From positions 121,148,001 to 121,212,000 of the forward strand of contig OX597815.1 of NCBI GenBank assembly GCA_951406725.2: a DNA stretch of 64,000 nt. Reading direction: 5' to 3'. A model generated the notes under the pieces. It saw only the letters and a program-made list of their open reading frames with translations. It was not told where the DNA came from and searched no databases. Position 1 is the stretch's first letter. Every line of letters starts with the position of its first letter. The DNA comes from Octopus vulgaris. Lineage: Eukaryota. Shown piece by piece: positions 1 through 10,604 of the stretch. Position numbers and translations under genes: made by a program.

Positions 1-24
1 CTTCAGCCTGTATCTCACAATTAT

Positions 25-120
25 ACTGAATTCTCTTCCTTCTGCTTTTTATAAAGCTACTACTACAACCTCTTCTCCACAGAGTTTGCTAAGTTGTATA
101 CCTCCTCCACGCAACACAAC
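25..120 (+). mobile_element. Degenerate 3' fragment of a CR1/L2/Jockey-group LINE
   Basis: Reads like the ORF2 tail 'LLFY..Y....S.E.A...PP'; same class as 47090-47390. Confidence 0.3.
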
Positions 121-1772
121 TAAAATGGTGGTGTTTCTTTTTCTAGCCCCCTCATTAACCATTTTACTGAATTCTTCACTTAACCCTATGTAATTACCTC
201 CCTTGTTTATATTTTTCTAACATACTTTGACTAGCAGCTTTTGAATGGGATTCTGGCAATCTGAGTCATAGCTACAGCCCCCTTCTTTCTGACTAAAACA
301 AAGAGGGATAAAGAAATGAGTCACAGCTTGTTGAGTATTTAGAACACTAGCATGTGAGTTGAAGCATTGTCAATTCACATCACAATACCAGTGTTGCTCT
401 GTGTTACAAACAAACTTAACTTTTTACTTTCACAAAATTCTCATCCAATTCTGTTGTATATAGGTACCATGAGGAGGTAATGGTGATAAGTGCTTCTTTC
501 TAGGTTTCAGGTCTGAACTAATATCATCACATGATCAAAATCAACAACAGACCAATAGTATCCTATTGAAAAATGAGGAGTTGTTGTCTCCCAACTGCTT
601 AATGCCATATAATTAGGCTCCAGCATACCGCATCACCTTCCAGTAATGGAGGCAGATAAAAATAAAAGGAAAGGTAATAAAAACTAAAATAGCTTCTATT
701 TGCTGATTGTCAGGGAAATGTTTCCATTATTGCTTCCTTTGGCGTGGCATATTGTATTAGGCCTATTTGCTTATTGAGGACCTCAGAATAACTAATTCTC
801 TTTTTACAATCAAACTCTAAATTTATTTTTATTAGCTTTTACGTGTGCCTATGTATACACGGACATGTATGAAAATGTGTGCCTCTGTGTGTGTACATTA
901 GTCAGTTTGTATACATATGAATTTGTAGTAATGTATGTGTGTTTCTAAGAGGGTCTATGTATGTTTCTGTGTGAAGCTGTGCATGCGTATTACATTCAGT
1001 GTTTGCTTTGTGTGATTCCATTACTGAGTGAAATTTTTGTTACTGTACTTCTCTAATCAACAATAGGATAAACATGATCATTATACAACAGGATCATTAA
1101 CATGCATTTTGTTGATTCAGTTGAAAATAGTCTTTGTTACCATGTGACACGGCATTTTATTACATTGCCACACTTCATAACAGCACTCCGCTTTCTAACC
1201 AAGTACACTATCATCAGCAGATTTTCAAACTGTGAATTATCATTTTAGTAATAATTTATACAAACATGAAATTATCAATTTGTTTTTGCCCATAGGGTAT
1301 CACATAAATTCATTAAAATCATTCTGAGTTTGTAAAAATATGCTTCAATTTCTTTTTTATTCTATATTTTTGATTTTTGCTATTTTCTTTGACTTATTTG
1401 TTGCTATTTTTGAGTTATTAAAATAATTTTCCAGTTCAACTTTTAAAATAGTTAATCATACTTTTGAAGAAAATTTTTTTTTAAAGAAGCATAATTCAAT
1501 AAAAACAAGAAAAGCGAGCTATTTCTGTCACAAGACCAAAACGATAATTTTGGAAATAGAAAGAGCCTAATTAAAATGATAGCAGATTACTTTTGTAATG
1601 ATCTGTGATCTGTGAAGCAGAGAAATATTAGTTATGTCCACAGGAAAATGAAACTGGCAATGTTTAATTAAACTCAAAAGAGCACATTGATCCTTCACTA
1701 AATATTACAGTCAATAAAACAGTGCTCACCTCACTGTATTTCTAACTGAAAATTCTCCTTCCTCTCTTACAG

Positions 1773-1852
1773 ATCATTATTCCATTTCCATTTTGTTGTT
1801 GATAGCATTTGCAATTTTGTTAACACCCTCATGGAATTACATACACTTTTAA
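1773..1852 (+). CDS. Candidate last coding exon of an upstream host gene; hydrophobic C-terminus (GPI signal or TM-like): xHYSISILLLIAFAILLTPSWNYIHF*
   Basis: Branch-like CTAAC at 1742, pyrimidine tract TTCTCCTTCCTCTCTTAC, AG at 1771-72, open frame to TAA 1850-52, AATAAA about 200 nt downstream. Confidence 0.45.
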
Positions 1853-2057
1853 TCTTTTATCACTGTTCAAAGCTTTCAACTTGTGGGTGTGTCTTGTATA
1901 TGTTCTGTATTTTAAATGAAGCTTTAGCTGTTTCTGTGCTTCTTTTTAGTTTTTTAATCTGTCAAAGGAAATTATAAGTTTTTTTTAAATATCTGTAGTA
2001 GGGTTTTTTTTTTCAGTCTATATTTTATATGTACAGATATTCTTTTATCTATTTATG

Positions 2058-2063
2058 AATAAA
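2058..2063 (+). terminator. Candidate polyadenylation signal
   Basis: AATAAA after a U-rich 3'UTR-like stretch, followed by GT/T-rich sequence. Confidence 0.35.
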
Positions 2064-2149
2064 ATATTTAAGTCTGTACAGTTGCTTCGATGCATGTCTT
2101 CATAGTTATGTGATTATGTAAATATATCAGTGTTTATGCATGTGTTTAT

Positions 2150-2344
2150 AAAGCACATACATACATACACACACACACATATATAAATATATATAAATAT
2201 ATATATATATACATACATACATATTTATATACATACATATATATATATAAACAAATATGTGTGTATATATGCGTGTGTGTGTGTGTGTGTGTGTGTGCGT
2301 GCATATATATATATAAGTAGATATATATACATATATATGTATGT

Positions 2345-2392
<48 letters not shown>

Positions 2393-2490
2393 ATGTGCAT
2401 GTAAATGGAAGTGGATCAGCATGTGTGCATGTGTGTATGTATGCATATATGTATACTTTTTGAACACATGCACGTATATGCATATAACAC
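2150..2490. repeat. Compound (TA)n/(CA)n/(TACA)n microsatellite
   Basis: Directly visible. Confidence 0.95.
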
Positions 2491-2774
2491 TTTATCACAT
2501 CAGTTTGTATATTGCTATGTTTTCCATATGGAAGTGATATGAGCACACCTGTGAGAATTATGCAGATGGGATTAGCAAATATATGATATAAGAATGTTTT
2601 TTTTTCCATATTTAAAATTGTTTTTCCTTGGAATATTTTCCAAATCTCATTATCATCTCAAATATTCATATAATGGTTTGTTCCCTTATGTTTTTTCAAG
2701 AAGAGGAAACTATAGTTACACAGTTAGATGAACAGAAATATTTTAGCTTCAATCTTGGATTTATTTTGTTCTCT

Positions 2775-2965
2775 TGGACATGGCTGTATGGTTAAGAAGT
2801 TTGGTTTGCGACCATGTAGCTTCAGGTTCAGTCACAGTGTTGCACCTTGGGCAAATGTTTTCTACTATAGCCTTGCATTGAGTATGTGTGCATATGTGTG
2901 TGCATGTGTATTTGTCCCCTACCACCACCTGACAACAAGCGTTGGTTTGTTTATATCCCCATAAA
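2775..2965 (+). mobile_element. SINE family A copy (tRNA-like head, internal microsatellite)
   Basis: Head TGGCTGTATGGTTAAG...GGTTCAGTC..CACCTTGGGCAA matches the other family-A copies. Confidence 0.7.
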
Positions 2966-3099
2966 CAAATGTGACAGATGCCTCAACAGTTACTGGCAGA
3001 TTGATAGTTTCATCAGTGCAGATGTGAAGGTTAATAGTAGTTGGTTGAATCAGAAGTGATTTGGCAACTCCCTTTATGTAGAGGGTGCTTAGCTTGAAC

Positions 3100-3310
3100 A
3101 GCTACTCTAGGCCCAAGGCCTGAAATTTTTATAGAGTGGGGCTAGTTGATTAGATCAACACAGTACACAACTGGTACTTAATTTATTGTCCCCAAAAGAA
3201 TGAGAGGTAAAGTTAACCTCAGTAAAATTTAAACTCAGAATAAAAAGACATGAAATACCGCTAAGTATTTCACTTGGCATGCTAACATTCCTGTGATCTC
3301 ACCACCTTCA
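3100..3310 (-). mobile_element. SINE family B copy
   Basis: Reverse complement matches 63583-63815. Confidence 0.65.
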
Positions 3311-3504
3311 TACAGATATTGGCAGTTATAGGCTCAATATAGCATTTTTCTACCTGCATGTATGGCTGTCTGAGTAACAAGCTCACTATGCTTTGGATTC
3401 AACCCCAGAGGGCAACACCTGGCGAAAGTGTCTTCTATTGTAGTCCCAGCATGATTAATGTTTTGTGAATGAATTTAGCAGATGGAAATTGTGTGTAAGC
3501 CTAT

Positions 3505-3558
<54 letters not shown>

Positions 3559-3744
3559 ATAAGATTAGCTCGTATACGAGTGGGTATATATTTGTAAAAA
3601 ATGAAGTTTGAAAATGCTGCTATATTAGACAAATTTTAATTTAACATGTTTCGGTTCTTGAAATGACGAACCTTATAAAAAAAAAAATTTTTTATATATA
3701 TAATAAAGAGAGTCCATGCTATATGTTTAAAGAGTATGATGTAA

Positions 3745-4277
3745 TCTCTTATTATAAAAGGCAGATTTTATCTGCCTCCCTTTGGGAGTTATACAAATCT
3801 ACAATATAGGATTTCTTCAATTACAATTTACCTTGCATTTTTAAGAGTACAATGCATCGCGTCATGCCAGGTCCAGTTTTTAAAATTTAAACTCCAGTTA
3901 AGCAAAATTTACAGAAAACTCACATTCTGGTGTGTGTGTCAAATGCTTTTCTTAGTCTGGTTTACAGCACACGCAAACGCACACACACAGTGGGCAACGA
4001 ATAAAATGAAAGTAATTGACTTACTGTAGTGAGTGATTCTTTCACTCTGCCTCCCACTTCCTCTTTCCACACAGACACGCAAATATATAAATAAAATTGT
4101 AAGCTAACGTGCGTGTGTGTGAGTGGGTGTGTGTGGGTGTGCGCGTGTGTGTGTGTGTGAGGGTGCGTGTGTGTGTGTGTGAGGGTGCGTGTGTGTGTGT
4201 GTGTGTGTGTGTGCGTGTGCGTGAGTGTGTGACAGGAAAGTTTTTTTACGACGAATATAACACCTATATCCAAGTAG
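3745..4277 (+). mobile_element. Probable non-autonomous Helitron-like element
   Basis: A|TCTCTTATTATAAAAG start like the other Helitrons here; short hairpin AGGCAGAT-TTT-ATCTGCCT; 3' end non-canonical. Confidence 0.45.
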
Positions 4278-4283
4278 CAGAAA

Positions 4284-4760
4284 GATAAGACAGTAAGGTG
4301 TGATTTGAGGGAGATTTGGCTGCTATTTCTACCATGTCTAGCTGCCATGTAGGGGTCTCCCTCATAGGCTCATACATACATATATACATAGATAAGACAG
4401 TAAGGTGTGATTTGGGGGAAATTTGGCTGCTATTTCTACCAGGTCTAGCTGCCATGTAGGGGTCTCCCTCATAGGCTCATACATACATATATACATAGAT
4501 AAGACAGTAAGGTGTGATTTGGGGGAAATTTGGCTGCTATTTCTACCAGGTCTAGCTGCCATGTAGGGGTCTCCCTCATAGGCTCATACATACATATATA
4601 CATAGATAAGACAGTAAGGTGTGATTTGGGGGAAATTTGGCTGCTATTTCTACCAGGTCTAGTTACCATGTAGAGGTCCCCCTCATTGGCTCATATATAT
4701 ATACATAAGACAGTAAGGTGTGATTTGAGGGAGATTTGGCTGCTGTTTCTACCAGGTCTG
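4284..4760. repeat. Tandem minisatellite, 107-bp unit x about 4.5
   Basis: Units start GATAAGACAGTAAGGTGTGATTTG at 4284, 4391, 4498, 4605 and about 4705. Confidence 0.95.
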
Positions 4761-4829
4761 TTAGGCCTTCTCATGTAAACTCAAGCTTTCTCATGCCTTC
4801 AACATATGACCAAAGCAGAGAATGTATTC

Positions 4830-5040
4830 TTTTATTCTTCTGCTTTTTCCAGCCATTGGTCTGTGGCCATGCTGGGGCAATGCCTTGAAGAATTGTAGTT
4901 TAATGAATCAACTCCAGTTTTATTTTTGTAAGCATTGTACTTATTCTATCTGTTTCCTTTGTCAAACCACTAGGTGACAGGGATGTAAACAAACCAACAT
5001 TCGTTGTCAAGCAGTGGTGGAGGACAATCACAAGCACAGA
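4830..5040 (-). mobile_element. SINE family A 3' half
   Basis: Matches 55760-55970. Confidence 0.7.
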
Positions 5041-5124
5041 CACGCACACACACACACATACATGCATACACATATACACACATACATACATACATACATA
5101 TATATATATGTGTGTATATATATA

Positions 5125-5383
5125 TTGCAGCGTGGAAGGTGTTTGTAAGCCATTTAAGAAACACACAAAAACCGTTACATTCACTTCAACATTTAAATTT
5201 TATTTGCCAAAATATTTTCGTCGCTTTCAGACCGCGACCTGTTCACTGACAAAAATATCGTGCTAACAGGTCGCGGTCTCAAAGCGACGAAAATATTTTG
5301 ACAAATTAAATTTAAATGTTGAAGTGAATCTAACGGTTTTTGTGTGTTTCTTAAATGGCTTATAAACACCTTCAACGCTGCAA
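5125..5383. repeat. Foldback element: about 119-bp inverted arms, 21-nt spacer
   Basis: TTGCAGCGTGGAAGGTG...GCGACCTGTT / AACAGGTCGC...CACCTTCAACGCTGCAA. Confidence 0.9.
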
Positions 5384-5547
5384 CTGTTTTCGTTCCAGTA
5401 CACGATCTCAGATCAAGTCACTTGCTATGCAAGTACATCTCTGTAACTATATATATATTTATATATATATATATATATGTATATTGGTAAAAACAGTAAG
5501 ATAACAAAAGAAAGAAAGAGACCTCAATATTATGTAAATAGAGGAAA

Positions 5548-5941
5548 TCTTTATATATAAAAGTGAGGTTGTGTGTCTGTCTCCTACGATTTAGATTCCT
5601 AACTACTCCCACATTTTGCGGTGCAGTTTAACCAAAACCGGGTATCTTATAGTCGTGATTCATATCGAGACCGTCTGGGTATTAGCGCGCGTCTACGATG
5701 AGTCTACGATTTTAAAAAAATTTACCATCAATTTTTCCCATTTTTAATCCATTTTTGACATATATAAGGGAAGTAACTCTCTAAAATTTATTATTAAATC
5801 TCAGAACGTAAAAAGCTACAGTAACACCCCTCCCCCTTTGTGGTTAGTCATATTGAGATGGCTATTATACTTTACATCTCTAAAAATGCTTATATAATTA
5901 TTTCCCTTACAAACCCGAGCAACGCCGGGCGATACTGCTAG
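5548..5941 (+). mobile_element. Non-autonomous Helitron
   Basis: 5' TC, 3' CTAG, inserted between A and T, subterminal hairpin CCCGAGCAACGCCGGG at 5914-5929. Confidence 0.85.
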
Positions 5942-6024
5942 TAGTTCATAATTGTGACATATATTCAATAGAGTCAAATATAAAAAATTCATATATAATA
6001 TTCAATAGAGTCAAATATAAAAAA

Positions 6025-7040
6025 TTCATGTTCTTGAAATGGCGAGGAGTTCATTTTAGATTTTACCTTGTGTTCCAATGGGACCAACAGTAATGATTTT
6101 TGGTCGGTGTCTGCTTGCATAATTTTGGTAAATTTTGTGATTGTTGGATTTATATCAGCTCAGCTAAGCTGTGGTCACTTGCACTGTTCACTGACGTCAT
6201 ATAGTTCCAAACCAATCAAAACCCAGCCTCAACGAATATAGTGAAAAGACTCCTAACTGTATCCTGTTAGGAAACCAACCAAGCGGAATGACAGTTTGGC
6301 CATGGAAGAAACACGTCATCATTTTTTTGACAAATCGAAATTAGATCTGACCCATGACTGTATCCTGTTAGTTGGCTAGTCCAGCAGAACGAGTAGTTTG
6401 ACCATGGAAGAAAGACGTCATCAATGTTTTGACGAATCAGAATCGGGTCTGACCCATAGCTGTATCGTGTGAGGAAACCGACCAAGCAGGGTGACAATAG
6501 CTTGACCACTGAGGTAACACGTCATCCATTTTTTGACGAATCAGAATTAGATCTGCTCACAGAGAAAGAGATCTTTTTATAAATTTTTCCTTCCCTAAGA
6601 CATATCACTATCAGCGTGAGTGACTGTTTAAGGATCTGAGAAATTGTAATTCGCCCCACCTCCATTATTATAATTCTCTCGCTGTGGCCGTAGCAACAAT
6701 GACCACGGTGGTTGTAGTAGTAGTGCGAGTTGGGGCAGTCGTAGTTGTTGTGGTAGAATTTCGTTTTTCTTTTTCGGAGGACCAATGTTTTGTTTTAATA
6801 TTCCTGGCCCAGGGTGTTAAAACTTGGTCTAAATTTTTTGATGAAATAAAGTTCTTTATTTTGGCGTTGCGTGAAGGTTATGCTGTCACTGAATTTATAA
6901 AGTGGGTAAGTTGTAAATTTCGGATTTACATTTGCAGCACATCTATCTATGTGTCCGCTGACCGGTATTTTCCGGTATTCAGGGTTTCTAATTTGTGATT
7001 TATGCACCGCCATCCTGTTACGTAAGCTATTTTTTGTATG
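6025..7040 (-). mobile_element. Penelope-like element 3' part: GIY-YIG C-terminus plus long terminal region
   Basis: 6795-7040 encodes LRNRMAVHKSQIRNPEYRKIPVSGHIDRC...RQNKELYFIKKFRPSFN; downstream boundary inferred. Confidence 0.7.
6258..6556. repeat. Diverged tandem repeat, about 101-bp unit x3
   Basis: Units begin CTGTATC(C/G)TG and end with ACGTCATC...TTTTGAC.AATC...TCTG. Confidence 0.8.
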
Positions 7041-7116
7041 GCCTATATATATATAGATATATGTATATACATATATATATGTATATATATATATGTGTAT
7101 ATATATATACATATAT

Positions 7117-7665
7117 CGACCCTATCACATCACCGATTCCTCCACCTCTACCAATATCATCTATTGCATCTCCTGCTCTCCCTGCCACCCTCTGTACATC
7201 AGACAAACGGGACGCCGCTTGGCTGAGCGGTTCACAGAACACCTCCGAGACATCTGCCTCGGCAAGGACACCCTGGTTTCACACTATTACCATTCTACTA
7301 GTCACTCTTTGGAACACCTGTCCATGTTTGGACTGTCCTTGCACAGAAGCCATCCAACATATATATGTTTACGAAGGCTTTACAAGCATCTTCAGCTAGC
7401 AGGCCATGCTACTCCAGACTAATGATGAGCAAGACTCAGAAACATGCATGTCTCTGGTTGCAGGCCTTGCTGTTGGGGATGCTTGTCTCCCCCTTCGTAA
7501 ACATAAGGATACAGGAAATGTGTCAAAGCTGACAGGAAGCGTCGATGCTTCCTAGGGCTAAATAGTGGTGGTGTGATTCCTTTTACGGGACTGTCACATT
7601 AAGTTGACAGCATACAACCGCTCTATCATTCCACCACCGCTCATATCTCTCTGAGATATTTAGAA
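7117..7665 (+). mobile_element. Second Penelope-like element fragment (GIY-YIG plus terminal repeat)
   Basis: STNIIYCISCSPCHPLYIRQTGRRLAERFTEHLRDI...HSLEHLSMFGL, followed by a hammerhead motif. Confidence 0.85.
7414..7457 (+). ncRNA. Minimal type-I hammerhead ribozyme (G5A variant)
   Basis: CCAGA-CTAATGA-TGAG caaga CTCA-GAAA-C atgcat G-TC-TCTGG; all three stems pair. Confidence 0.7.
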
Positions 7666-7693
7666 ATTTAATATTTCTAATATATATATATAT

Positions 7694-7825
7694 AACCATT
7701 TGACTCAGACTGCATTCTTCCAACTGCTAAACATGGAGGAGGATCTGTGGTGATCTGGGGGACTATATCTTGGAAATCCACTGGCCCAATGATTTTCCTT
7801 CATGGCAGAATTAATAGCCAAGAAT
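7694..7825 (+). mobile_element. Tc1 transposase fragment (inverted copy of 8915-9047)
   Basis: KHGGGSVVIWG motif. Confidence 0.8.
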
Positions 7826-7844
7826 ATATATATATATATATATA

Positions 7845-8487
7845 AATCGAAATCAAATTCGATGACAGCACTGCATGATTGGCATCCATGCTAGTGGAGT
7901 GCTAAGAGCATGATCATTGCCAGGGCTGCTGACTGGCCCCCGTGCTGGTGGCATACAAAAAGCACCATTTGAGCAGGATCGTTACCAGCGTCGCCTTACC
8001 ACTACTTGTGCCGGTAGCATGTGAAAAGCAACATTCGAGCGAGGTCATTGTCAGTGCCGCTGGACTGGCTCCTGAGCAGGTGACATGTAAAAAACACCAT
8101 TTGAGCATGGCCGATACTAGTACCACCCAACTGGCCCTTGTGCCGGTGGCACATAATAGCACCCACTACACTCTTGGAGTGGTTGGCGTTAGGAATGGCA
8201 TCGAGCTGTAGAAACTCTACCAGATCGGATTGGAGCCTGGTGCAGCCATCTGTCTTACCAGTCACCAGTCAAACCATCCAATGTGTCACAGTATGGAAAG
8301 CGGAAGTTAAACGATGATGATGATGATGTTATATATATATATGTAGCACATAAAAAGCACCCACTACACTCTCGGAGTAGTTGGCATTAGACAGGAGCAT
8401 GATGCAGCTTTCAGGCTTGCCAGTCTTGAGTCAAACCATCTAACCCAAGCTAGTATGGAAAGCGGACACTAAACGATGATGATGATA
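7845..8487 (+). mobile_element. Two tandem 5'-truncated RTE family-1 3' ends
   Basis: AAAAGCACC repeats, GAGTGGTTGGC, tails AAACGATGATGATG at about 8310 and 8472. Confidence 0.8.
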
Positions 8488-8490
8488 CAT

Positions 8491-9047
8491 ACGGGGCTGG
8501 ACAAAATAATAGAAACACCTTAAAATGTCCAACAAATTAATTTTAAGATGGAGTAAGACCGCCTGTGGCAGTAATTATAGCTTGAATTCTATGAGGTATG
8601 GACTTGTACAAAGTTTGAATTGTTTCCAAAGGAATTTTTGTCCATTCTTCAGCTAAAACAGTCACCAGTTCTTGTAATGATGATGGTGGAGGATATCGAC
8701 TTCTTACTTGTTTTTCTAAAATGCACCATAAATGTTCAATAATATTGAGATCTGAGGACTGTGGTGGTGAGATAAGATGTTCAACCTCACTAGAATCTTT
8801 TTCATACCATTCAGTAACAACTTTAACTGTGGGAATTAGTGCATTATCATCCTGAAAGATTGCGTTTCCCTCTGGGAACAGTTCCACAACCATAGGATGA
8901 ATTTGATCATAAATAGTCTTGTCTATTAATTCTGCCATAAAGGAAAACTATTGGGCCAATGGATTTCCAAGATATAGACCCCCAGATCACTACAGATCCT
9001 CCTCCAGGTTTAACAGATGGAAGAAGGCAGTCTGGGTCAAATGGTTA
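8491..9047 (-). mobile_element. Tc1-family (DD34E) transposon, 3' half
   Basis: ORF 8543-8938 with FQDDNA...PPQSSDLNIIEHLW; TIR-like TA|CGGGGCTGGACAAAATAATAGAAACACC. Confidence 0.85.
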
Positions 9048-9049
9048 TT

Positions 9050-9400
9050 TGCCAGTGGCACATAAGAAGCACACTTCAAACGTTGGGCCTCATGGAGTTG
9101 ATGAGCAGTGACCAAGAGGACTGTTGGCAGATATACTATGCTTGAAAAGACTCATCAAGCTAAGTGAAATTGTAGTTGTAGCTGATGCTGGTGTCATGTA
9201 AATGGTACCCATACCCATGGCAAGTAAAAAGCACTCATTACACTCTTGGAGTGGTTGACATTTGGAAAGGCATCCAGCTGTAAAAAACATGCAAAATCAG
9301 ACTGGAACTTTGTAGAGCTCTCTGGCTAATCAGTTCCAGTCAAACTGTTTAACCCATACAAGCATGGAAAGCAGATACTAAATGACGATGTTGATGGTGG
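9050..9400 (+). mobile_element. RTE family-1-related 3' tail
   Basis: CACTCTTGGAGTGGTTG...GCATGGAAAGCAGA..AAATGACGATG. Confidence 0.7.
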
Positions 9401-9473
9401 ATTTGAAAAATTATAATATATAAAGATGAGACATGTGCTATTTTGCCTCATAATTATATGTTAATTTTTTGCC

Positions 9474-9549
9474 ACTCCCGCTGATGAGAACTTCGTCTAA
9501 CAAATTGTTTTATTTGTTAATTAATGTTCGAAACCTAGGTCCAGGAAGT
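9474..9549 (+). ncRNA. Type-I hammerhead ribozyme with intact core
   Basis: CTGATGA (9481)-GAAC...GTTC-GAAA-C ctag G-TC; extended stem II TAACAAAT/ATTTGTTA; imperfect stem I ACTCCCG/CAGGAAGT. Confidence 0.75.
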
Positions 9550-9954
9550 AAATATTGTAAATGATTTTATTTTTCATTCTCTTCGAAATTGCTCTTAACC
9601 GTGGTTTGGACTTTGACTGTTTCTTCTAGCATGTAAGGTATCCTGTTAGAGTGAACTCTTTTGTGTTTAAATGTGCACTAATTTTATATGAAAAATATGT
9701 TGTCTATTGACTATTTTACACATGCTAGCCACTGGTAGAAAGATTTCTATAATTTTCCTACCCTATATATTTTCTTAATATATATATATATAAGTGAAAG
9801 AGTAGAAACTTAACTGGTGAGTGTGTTAAATAATAAGGCACTTAAAATGAATGACTCTCTCCAGACACAACAAAATATGCTTCAATATACGAACTCACAT
9901 AAAGAATCTTGCAAACCAAATCCCAAAACGAAATATATATATATATATCATCAT

Positions 9955-10009
<55 letters not shown>

Positions 10010-10011
<2 letters not shown>

Positions 10012-10195
10012 AATTATTGTATACAGTGCTCAGGTGCACCACAACTTGTCAGAAAGTGCATATAAAGTACATGCAGTAGTGTAGAAATGTCTGGAAAGTG
10101 AACATGCTTGTGTGTGTATCAAGTGTAGTGTTGGCGAATCTCAGGAAGCATGGAAGTTTTGAAGGATGCAGTGCTCCGACATCTAACAACCAACT
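10010..10195 (+). repeat. Unclassified dispersed repeat (second copy 48960-49160, - strand)
   Basis: Shared GTGTAGTGTTGGC.AAT.TCAGGAAG.ATGGA.GTTTT.AAGGATGCA. Confidence 0.65.
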
Positions 10196-10543
10196 AATAT
10201 CATCATTATCATCATTTATATATATATAAATATATTTCAATACGGAGCAAATAATTCATGAGAAAATATTTGCAAAGATATTATTGACTCTGTTATTATC
10301 TAGTGTAACAATTAATAATGATAATAACAGAGTCAATAATAGAGGACATTGCAGAGTATTAAATAGCTGAAGGATAAAAATGAATCAAAGGACATATTTA
10401 GTATGTCCTTTGATTAATTTTAATCCTTCAGTTATATAGATAGATAGATAGATAGATAGATGCATGCATGCATGCATACATACATACATACATACATACA
10501 TACATACATACATACATACATACATACATACGTACATACATAC

Positions 10544-10582
<39 letters not shown>

Positions 10583-10604
10583 CATACATACATGCATACA
10601 TACA

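Noticed and set aside
4284-4760. CRISPR-like appearance of the regular repeat
   Set aside because: Whole 107-bp units repeat with no unique spacers, no cas genes, eukaryotic context
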